Of a stretch of 64,000 nucleotides of DNA, positions 14,901-25,478 are shown in pieces. The DNA lies in contig CM022670.1 of assembly GCA_012295275.1 (NCBI GenBank), positions 12,958,001 through 13,022,000 on the forward strand, read 5' to 3'. Under the pieces are notes generated by a model. The model saw only the letters and a program-made list of their open reading frames with translations, was not told the DNA's origin and did no database searches. Position 1 is the first letter of the stretch. Every line of letters begins with the position of its first letter. The DNA is from Chrysomallon squamiferum. Its lineage: Eukaryota > Animalia > Mollusca. Made by a program: the position numbers and the translations under genes.

Positions 14901-17900
14901 AAAAAAAGAAAGGTTTGTGTTGAAAAACCAATTAATATATTCACATATCTATCTATTAAATTATAAAGTAAAAGAAAATTTAACTTTTATAAAATATACA
15001 ACATATCTGTAACTTTGTTTATGACGTCTTAAAGAAAATGAAATTTAACATTAATAAATAATTGTGAAAGCATTCACAAATTTGAATTTAAATATTCATG
15101 AAACCATAAAGAAAAATTCAGGACAGTCAGTTATTTTAAAAGTTATTTATTTGAATGAGAAAGAACAAAAAAAATATATAAATCTTTTTATTTCAGGCTG
15201 AAGAATTTAACAAAAAGGCACATGGACTCCTTGACTGGTTGGGAGATGCTGAGAGACAGTTGAGATACCGTGGACCTATCCCAGATGAGGAACCCCTTAT
15301 ACTACAACAGATAGAAGAACACAAGGTCATTATTAATACATTAGCATTTAAACTGTATAGTTTATTCTTTTTGTCTTCAAACTGTTTTTTTAATGATAAA
15401 CATAATCATGGAAACATCTGGTACTGTTCTTTATATAATTTTGCTTGTTTATTTTATGTTTTTATTTTTATTTTTATTTTTTATTTATTTATTTTTTTTT
15501 TATTAATTTAACAAATTTTGTATGGAGTAATTCAAATATCTGCAATTCTTTTATTAAATTGTTCAGTTTTGTTGTTCTTTTATCTAACAGAAATTTGAAG
15601 AATCCCTGTTAAGACAGGAGGCAAACCTGCGAGAGACTCTGAACATTGGTCAGGAGATAATGAAACTGTGTCACCCTGATGCTGTGTCCACAATGAAACA
15701 CTGGCTCTCTGTACTCAGGGCTAGATGGGAAGAGGTAATCTTGTGAATTCTGGATATTTAATTGTGATATGATAGGTCACACAATCCATTCCCAGCTATA
15801 TATGTGTGGTACCTGTGTCAGAATGGTAAAACATCTTCATTTTAAAATAGTTTTTGCAATGCCAGTGGTCAGTTTTTTGAGGAGTAGATTTGTTGTTTTT
15901 CTTCTTCTTCTTTCTTCTTCTTCTGGATCAAACTGGCATGGATAACCCCAGATGAGTTTTTCAAGAGATCTATAGTTTTTATTTGATTAGATGGTTGAAA
16001 TTTAATTACAAAAATTACCCACATCTGCTGTGAAATAGATGTAGTTTTTTTGCTTTGTTATTTAGAATTAACATTTAATAATTTATTTAATTTTTCAGCT
16101 GACTGGAATGTGCAAACATCGTGGTCGTCGTCTAGCTGAAGGTCTGAAGAATCTGCGCAACAACAACGCTCTGCTTGAAGAGTTGCTAGCATGGTTGAAC
16201 AATGCCGAGGACAAACTGACAGCTCTTGATGCTGAACCAATACCACAAGATGCACAGATCATTATGCAACTTATCAATGATCACCAGGTAACATTGTTTT
16301 TCTTAGATTATGAAGTTTATTTACAACTGAAAAATTAGAAAATGTTTTGCAGATGATGGAAAGGTAGTTATTTTCTAAATTTCTTTTCTTTTCTTCTTTT
16401 TTTCTTGCTTCTTTTATGATTATTTCTAAATTGTGTTTTAATAAAGTCACAGCTTTTAGAATTCTCTTAAATGTACTCAGAACCTAATGATGAATATTAA
16501 CTACAAAATATAGTTAATTAATATAGTTATTATTTATTGTGATTTCATTGTGGAAATGTCTAAAAGGAGAGTTGGTTCTGAATGTATTAAAATGTCATTA
16601 CAACAGATTTTTTTTTTTTTTTTCACCATAGGACTTCCAGAATGAAATGTCAAGTAAACAGCCTGAAGTTGATCGTCTGACCAAACCAGAAAAGCGTCGA
16701 CCATCTTCAACATCATCTGACGTTGTGTCTCACATTCCAGTCCTTAGAGGAACTCCGAAAATTCCAATACGACACAGGTCAGTAATGTTTATACAAATAC
16801 AGAAAACAATCTGTTCACATCCTTTCTTTTTTCCTCTTTTTTCATTTTAATTTAATTTGCTTTTATTTAGTCATGTTTTCTTTATACATAATTCATATCT
16901 GGTGTTGATAAATTTTGTAAATCGATATTTTAAAAATATTTTAATGAGTTTGTTTCCATCAACATAATATTTCTTACAAATGGCTGTATATATTTATTTT
17001 ACATATTTTCTTATTAAGTAATAATTAATTAAAAATACTAATAAACAAATTTCAGGCTGGATGTTGGAGGCAGGCAGACACCTGACCATGGTCACAGAAG
17101 AGGATCAGACATGTCTGGCCGCAGGACACCAGATATGAGTGGACGTCACACTCCAGACATGAGTGGTCGAAGAACACCAGACATGAGTGGTCAAGAACTC
17201 CAGACATGAGTGGACGACACACCCCAGACTACAGTGGACGAAGAACTCCTGACCACTCAGCTGGACATCGCACACCAGAACCACAATTCCGCAACCCGCG
17301 GGTAGGCGCTCTGTTTAACAAGTGGAGGCAGGTATGGCTCATGGCCATGGACAGGCAGAGAAAACTTCAAGATGCACTTGATTATCTCAATGAGGTATGT
17401 TTTAATTCTTTACATCTTGTAAAATATTTGTAATCAAACTTCAACAATGTTACTTTCTTTCAAGAATTTCTTAATTTTAAATTAGAATGTGTTGTAGATC
17501 ATTATAAGGTCATTTGGGTTAACACAAAGAGCCATTTCTCATTCTCTGAATGAATTGCAGGTTGAGAGAATGAAGAACTTTGACTTTGATGACTGGAGAA
17601 GAAGATACCTCAGATGGATGCACCACAACAAAGCTCGCATTATGGATTTCTTCAGAAGACAAGACAGAGATCGAGATGGACGAGTCACCAGAAAAGAATT
17701 TATTGATGGGATCCTGTTATCCAGTAAGTAATATTATATGTTAGGTCAAACAAAAAAATTTCTAAAGATACATAAATTTATAATATTTAAGATTGTTTCT
17801 TAATAATAAAAATGCTTAAAGAAAGTTTATATTGTAGATTATATTTAGTTTTCACATAATTAGATTTAATTTTTGAATCATTATAACTTCTTTAGAATAA

Positions 17901-20631
17901 TGCCAATATTAGTTAATTTTGTTACAGATAATTTTAACCATTTTTATCTTAATAATTCAAAATAAGATGGTTAATTCCTGATGATGCTAGTACTTCGACA
18001 ACATGGCTTTTACATATGCTACACTGTTTGACTTATGAAACTGTTGCTTTTACTATTTCTTCTGCCATTTCAGAATTCCCTACCTCAAAGTTGGAGATGG
18101 AAGCGGTTGCTAACATCTTTGACAAAGATGGAGATGGATTTATCAACTACAAAGAATTTGTTTCTGCTCTCAGACCAGACAGAGAGGTTAGATTGCCTCC
18201 CCTTCTGTTATATTAATTACATCTGTAAAATTTGAATGGTTTCCCTTTAATTATGATTTCCGTCAATTCTATAATTGTGTTTATCTGATATGAGGTTTGA
18301 GCTGAAATGTTTATAAATTAATACTGTTGTATTATAATGTTCTATTCTAGCAGGAATACTAATTAGATGGTGTAAAAAATAGTGTTGTGTTATAATGTTC
18401 TGTGCTAGCAGGAATACTACTTAGATGGTCTAAAACAGTGTTCTGTTATAATGTTCTGTTCTAGCAGGAATACTACTTAGATGGTCTAAAATAGTGTTGT
18501 GTTATAATGTTCTGTTCTAGCAGGAATACTACTTAGATGGTCTAAAACAGTGTTCTGTTATAATGTTCTGTTCTAGCAGGAATACTACTTAGATGGTCTA
18601 AAATAGTGTTGTGTTATAATGTTCTGTTCTAGCAGGAATACTACTTAGATGGTCTAAAATAGTGTTGTGTTATAATGTTCTGTTCTAGCAGGAATACTAC
18701 TTAGATGGTCTAAAATAGTGTTGTGTTATAATGTTCTGTACTTGTGATTCCAGCCTGCTGAACCAGCCACAGACGCAGACAAAATTCAGGATGAGGTGAA
18801 ACGACAATGCAACAAGTGTACATGTGTGAGACAGTTCAAAATACACAAGATTGGGGAAGGCAAATACAGGGTATGTTTTATTAAATACAAGTTTGAAAAA
18901 GGGAAATAAATACCTGCAGAGATGGTTTGTTTTTGCAGTGGATTTATTATTGTTTTTATTACTTTATTAATAAAATTCTTAAGAATTGATACTGATGTTT
19001 TGAAATCAGATTAAAAGAAAAAAGAAATTGTTTAAATGCTGTTTATAAAATCTAATTTAAATTATTACAGTCCTAATTTTAAATATAAATATTAAGAAAA
19101 ATAAGAATAATAATAAATTTAAATTTAAAAATCTGACACACAGTATTATGGTGAATCTTGTGAAAGTAATTTTAAATGTTTGAATTTCAGTTCGGTGATT
19201 CGCAGAAACTGCGCTTGGTGCGTATTCTGCGCAGCACTGTCATGGTGCGTGTTGGTGGAGGCTGGATTGCACTTGATGAGTTTCTTGTTAAAAATGATCC
19301 ATGCAGAGGTAAGCATTTTATCAGCAGAATTACTCCATTCGGTTTTATTCTTAATATGAAGCATATATTCAGATTCTTTAATATAATTGATGACAAAATT
19401 GTTTTTTTTTTAAATTAATAATAACAAATAAGCATTTTTATGAAATGGTGTGAATTTTAAAAATAGTTTAAAACAAAATGTTAACGTTGAAATAAATATG
19501 TCCCTTCTAAGTACAGTATTTTAAACTTCTAGAAATAATAAAAAAATGTTTTTATTAGTAAATGATGAATTAAATATGAATTAAATTTCAATTATTTTTG
19601 AAGATATTTTGAATTTTTCATGGTTTTTCTGACCTTGTTAATATGTAAAACTTCTCTAGCTGTGTTTTCAATTTTCTTTCACCCTGGGTGTTTTGTGAAC
19701 TTCATCACAACTTTAAAAAATATTTTATTTTTCACTGTTTGCTTAATTTGTTAGCAGACTTAAAGAAGTTAATGACTTAAGGAAAGCTTAAAAAATTAAA
19801 CTTTACAAATCAACAAAAGTTCTGAGGACAGTGGCAATAATTTTTTAATTTTTTTTTTGTTTAACACTCTTAAGAATTAAAAAATCATATTTTTAAAGTG
19901 TGTTTGTAAGTTTCAGTGTAATAAAGATCTAGTGTGGACAGCTTTTAAAATAAAATTGTTTATTTTATCATCAACAAATTTTACTTTGCTTATGCATATA
20001 TTTCATTTTGATTTTTGTCAATTTGAGCAAACTTTATTATGGAGCCAGACTTCCTTTTCAATATAATACTTTAATGTTTAATTTAGGTAATTAACAAATC
20101 AAATTAATTGTTCATTCTTGTCAAAATAATTATTTTAATAACTTAAAAATGAAAATAGAATTATTTAGCCTTATAATGGATTTATTATTACATTTTTTAG
20201 AATTTATTTTAGTAGAATTTGTTAAAAAATGTATAAATTAAAACAATTAATGTATCAACTACAACTATACATTAAAAACACTACATTTGATCAAAATGCA
20301 ATAAATTCAAAATATGCTGTATAATAAAAAGAGAAAAGTAAAAACAGAAAAAATTTACATTTTGCCAAGGAGCAGTAAGTAAGAAGTTGTATTCTGTATT
20401 TTTATTGAGTAGCAATAAGTTAAAAGATTTTTTAATTTGTACAAGGTATGAATTTTACATCAAAGTACAGCTCAGGTAGGTTGTTGATATTGTAAGTTCT
20501 CTAAATTTCTTAAAGCCTGCCTTTACGTTGTTCCTTTTGTTTAAATTTATTTACTCTGCAGTGGTAACTGGTAAACCATGAAACTGTCTACAGTGGTTAC
20601 ATAAAATGTAAATAATAACTGGTTAAAAATT

Positions 20632-20682
<51 letters not shown>

Positions 20683-23368
20683 TGGAAGAAGAAGAAGAAG
20701 TAAATAAACAAACAATAAATCAATAAATAAAAGTTAAACACCCAGAATACAATTAATGCAAATAACAATAATACTTGTAACAATAGCGGTTAGAGCTTTA
20801 AGTAATATTTTATGGAGATAAAAGAAAATAAATAAGACATAATTAACAATGAAACAATTTATTGGATAATGATAATAATGACAATAATGACAATAATAAT
20901 AATAATAATAATAAAATATTATAAATGTGGATCTTGTTTTCAAAGAACATCGAACCTTATTTCATATTGGTAAGTTATTGAAAAAAATAATTTTAAAACC
21001 CCCAGGAACTAACAACAATAAAATTTGGTGACATATTTTAAGATAGAGATGCAGGTAAACACATTGGATATCTCTTAACTAATACCTAACAACTGGGCAA
21101 CTAACTAATTTGTAATTTAAACAAAATAATAATAATAAAATAAAGTTTGGAAGTGTAATGAAATAATTTTCATTATTTGTGCCACCTCAGAGTTTACGAA
21201 AATGAACACTTCGTTAGGGTGTAAGTATAAATGAGGAAAAGGGTATCACAACATTTATTTATCTAGCTTACTGGTTTAGTTGACATAGTGTTTCATTTAG
21301 CTTGGTTTGGTGGGTTTTGCTTAAATTTAGGTTATATTATTATAAATACCCATCGTGTCCTTTTTATTTATATATTTTTCATTCTGTTTTTTTTTTTTTG
21401 TCTTCATTTTAATTATTTTCTTTTTTTTTTAATTTGTTTTTAGTTGTATTTTTTTTGGTGTCTTTTTTTTTTTTTTTTTCAAATTAATTTTATCTTTAAT
21501 CTTTGGTATGCTTTCGAAGTTGTCTGTATCACCATTTCCCTCAGTGGTGCTAACTGTGTATTTACATTTGAAACTTTCTTTGAAATTCACTTTGAGTACA
21601 AAGCATGATGTTCAAAACTAGTTTTGGCACAGCTTGAATTATTATTTATAATTGATTTATTTATTAGTATTCTACTAGATAGAAATAAACAATAAAATTA
21701 ACAGGAAAGGGGGGGGGAAAAAAGAGGATTTAATTGATAATTAAGAATTAAAATCAATCATAATTTTTATTTTTATTCTTTTTCTCCTGCTTTCATAATT
21801 CTGTCATGTACAAAAAATATGTGCATTTCATGAAAACTGTTTTTATATTCAAAAATGTTTTATAAAAATAAAAAAATAAAAGAAATTAACAGTATATTTT
21901 ATATACAAATATATAAACTAGAATTTAATTTTGTTTTATTATCATTTCCAAGAAAGATAGAAGATGTGAATGCACAAATAGCAAAGATGTTTTCTTCTTT
22001 CACATTCTTATGTACTGTGTTGGAATGTTTATTTCATTCGTATTATTTTTTTTTTCACTCATTTCTTTCTTTTTCTTTCTTTACATTTGTTGTTAGTGGT
22101 AATTTGTTCTTTCTTTTCTTCTCCAAAGTGGGTCTTTGGCGACAGCATCGTTTTCGCTTGCGAAGGCGATTCCTTCAACTCGAAGAGCAGTGTAGGTTTT
22201 TCATTTTTGCATCGGTTTTTGACAACAAATGGGTTAATGCTCATCCCAGCTTTCATTTGATTTTTTAATTTTTTTTTAATGTTTTTTTTTTTTTTTATTG
22301 TGTTTTGTGGTTATTGTGTCAATGTCTTATGTTGCATTTTGATTCAGTTTCTCGGCAGGCTGTTGTCACGTGTTATAGATTGTTACCGTCACAGTCAGCA
22401 TGGTCTGGTATGTGTTGTCTCCCTTGCATGTCCCATCCCTCCCTTGAAATCCCCCAAGTGCCAAGCTTGTATAAAACTCATTGTCGTATCAATTTTTTAT
22501 TATTATTATTATTTTTAGTATTTCTTTTATTTATGCTTTTCTTTTCTTTTATTCTTTTCTTTTTGTTATTCTTTATATATTTCTTTATTTATATAATTTT
22601 TTTTTTTTTTTTTAATAATAATTTATTGGTGGTATTTTTTATTTTATTTTTAGCCCACCCTGTTGTAATAATTTCTCACCTCAATGCTTTCTTTAATTCG
22701 TAAAAAAAATAAAAAATTATTAATTTATTTTTTTAAATCTTTTTATTTAATTATTATCATTTTATTTTGTTACTTTCATTTATTTTCATTTGCCATATAC
22801 TTTAAACATTCACCTATTTTCTCAATCTATTGTCAGAATTTCACTTACAGTGTTAATATAATGATTCAGAATTTATAAAAATGCAGAACATTACATGTAA
22901 AAATACAACAAACTGACATGCAATTAATATTGTGTCAGTTTGTTCAATTCAGAATTAACAGATAATTTAATTTTTTTTTCAAAACATTCTAAAGGTCATT
23001 GCATGACCTGTGATTGGAACTTGACATGAACAATGGTCTTCCTTTTAAGCTAAGCCAGTAACAAAATTATTTATAATTTTTTTAATTAGTATTAATTTTA
23101 TTATGTTATTATTTGAATTTTATTTTATTTGATCCATCATGACATTTCTTAAGGCAGATAAATATAACTGTTAACATAACTCCCCCTTGGTGACATTAAC
23201 CTCCTGGCTTGATTTAAAGTAATATGCCCATGAATATTAACGAGTTATGCCAGTATTTGTGCATTATTACAAAATACAATGTAATAGTTGTGTTAGTAGA
23301 AAATAATCATTAGTAATATAATCCAGTAATATAATACATAATAAAATTTATGAATACCCATATCCTAT

Positions 23369-23403
<35 letters not shown>

Positions 23404-25446
23404 CCTAAATATAAACTAAAATGGTCTGATAATTAATAATAAATAAATTTCCCTGCATGCTTAGAAAGACTCAGTCGCTGGAGAATTTTTGTCCACAACA
23501 TCTTACATTACTAATGGCAAAGATGATGTGTGTGATTTCTTAACACATTTAACTTACAAATATAGTAATGAAAATATAATAAAATATTAAATATTACTTT
23601 TATAATTATAATTATATATATATAATATTATAATTTCAGGTTATTATGAAAATCAAAGTGAATTATTCTATTTTATTTTTGATTAAATAATAATATCTAT
23701 ATATATTTTTTTTTTTTTAATCAAAATATTAATATGCTTTCCTAAGTAAACACAGAAATGTTTATGTTGCCATGGTTATGTTGTGTACATAAATGGGGAA
23801 AATTTGCAGGTAAATTGTAGTTTGTCAGATAGTGATATATGTAAATATCATGTAAATAAATGGTGATTCAGTTAATTAGAAGTAGTGTGTTTTAGTTAAA
23901 TACATGTATCTGCTGTTGTACGCATATTTATTTTATTGTTTTATTGATTTTTATGTGTGCTTGGTTTATGGTGAGTAAATTTTAAGCTAAAATGTTTATG
24001 AAGTAAATATTAGGTTTAGATGAAATACGTTTTTACCAGCAAAAATGAGTAAATGTAAATAAATAAGAATTTTGTTAATTTTGGTTTGCATCTGAACAGT
24101 GAACTGTACTGTGTAGGATTTTTGTTGATTATATTTTTGTATTTATAATCATTCATCATAAATTTGTTTCATTTATTATTTACCGTTTTATTTTTATATA
24201 TTTATTCATATTTTTGTTTAATTTTTTTTACTTTCTCAAAAGAACTCATCATGAGATCATTTTGTTCTTTTAATCATGGTATCTGTGAAAAAGTAGAAAG
24301 CATGTGTGTATGTGTCTGTAATTCTGTGTTTGTGTGTATGGATGTGTGTGAGGGCAGATAATGATGAAGCTTTATCAACTGTATCATACAAAAGTATAAC
24401 TGAGAAAAATATTGTTTTTCTTTTTATTTCTTTTGTTAAATTTATTTTTATAGATTTATTTCAGTGCTGCATAACTGTTTGGTTTATAATAGTTTTATTT
24501 TTTGTTTTTGTTTTTTTTATTTGTTTAAGAAATCATTTTTATTTATTTCAATTATAATTTTAGCTAAAGGTCGTACAAACATTGAGCTGCGGGAACAGTT
24601 CATTCTGGCGGAAGGGGTGAGTCAGTCTATGACAGGCTTCGTTTCAAAGAGTCCAGCTGGAAGCTCCCATTCTGGAAGTTCTACACATTCTGCTAATTCC
24701 TGGAGCAGTCGATCTGCCAGCACCTCTAGTGGGCCCATCACTAAGGTAGGTAACTCTGAAAACAAACTGTCCAAGGTAGATAATTACTGAGAATGAATTG
24801 GCACAGTGAAAATACTAATTACTATTTGATTGTAAAATAATTTTATATTTTATTCTTCCTGAATTTTTATAGTTCATACATAGAATGTGTGAGAGAAGAC
24901 TTCTGAAAGATCACTAAAAAAAAATTCATTTAACAATTTTTCGTCAAAGAATACATACTTCACAGACAATTTTGAATGCTGTTTTTAAACCACACTAGTT
25001 TCCTGTGATCACATATTATGTTTTACTATGTATAAATAAGTATTTGGCATGTTGAGAATGGTTTATCTGCTGGGTATTATTAAGATATTCACATTAACTT
25101 GCCTCTGTGTTCTTTCAGTCACCACAGGTTTGTCTGTGCACTCATATTAGTCATCATCGACAGGTGTGATGTTATTTTACATTTATCCTCCATCTCCTGG
25201 CTAATGGTGCTGGTCCCACACAGTCCCATTTTTCTCTTTTCATCTTCCTATGGTTTATGGTCATTTGTGAATTTTGTGATTGTTTTTGTGGATTTGGATG
25301 GTTTTTTCTTTCATTCATTTATTTATTTATATATTTTTTTTTTTAGGGTTTTTTTTTTTTTTTTTTTTTTTTTGAAGGGATTTTGTTTTTGAAGGGGGGT
25401 GAATTTTTGCATTCGGTGTTTGTTTTTTTATTATTATTTTTTTTGT

Positions 25447-25478
<32 letters not shown>

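Noticed and set aside
17185-17209. Programmed -1 ribosomal frameshift explaining the frame change
   Set aside because: No X XXY YYZ slippery heptamer or obvious downstream pseudoknot; a 1-nt deletion in a repeat unit explains it more simply.
18320-18739. CRISPR-like array
   Set aside because: Units are head-to-tail with no unique spacers, inside a eukaryotic intron; it is a minisatellite.
21545-21595. Possible 51-nt symmetric cassette exon (ttccctcag|...|gtacaa)
   Set aside because: Weak donor and intron-like composition; not supportable without transcripts.
24358-24393. Possible 36-nt cassette exon [12 protein letters not shown]
   Set aside because: In frame, but the acceptor lacks a pyrimidine tract (gtgtgagggcag) and the donor is weak; kept only as a mention.
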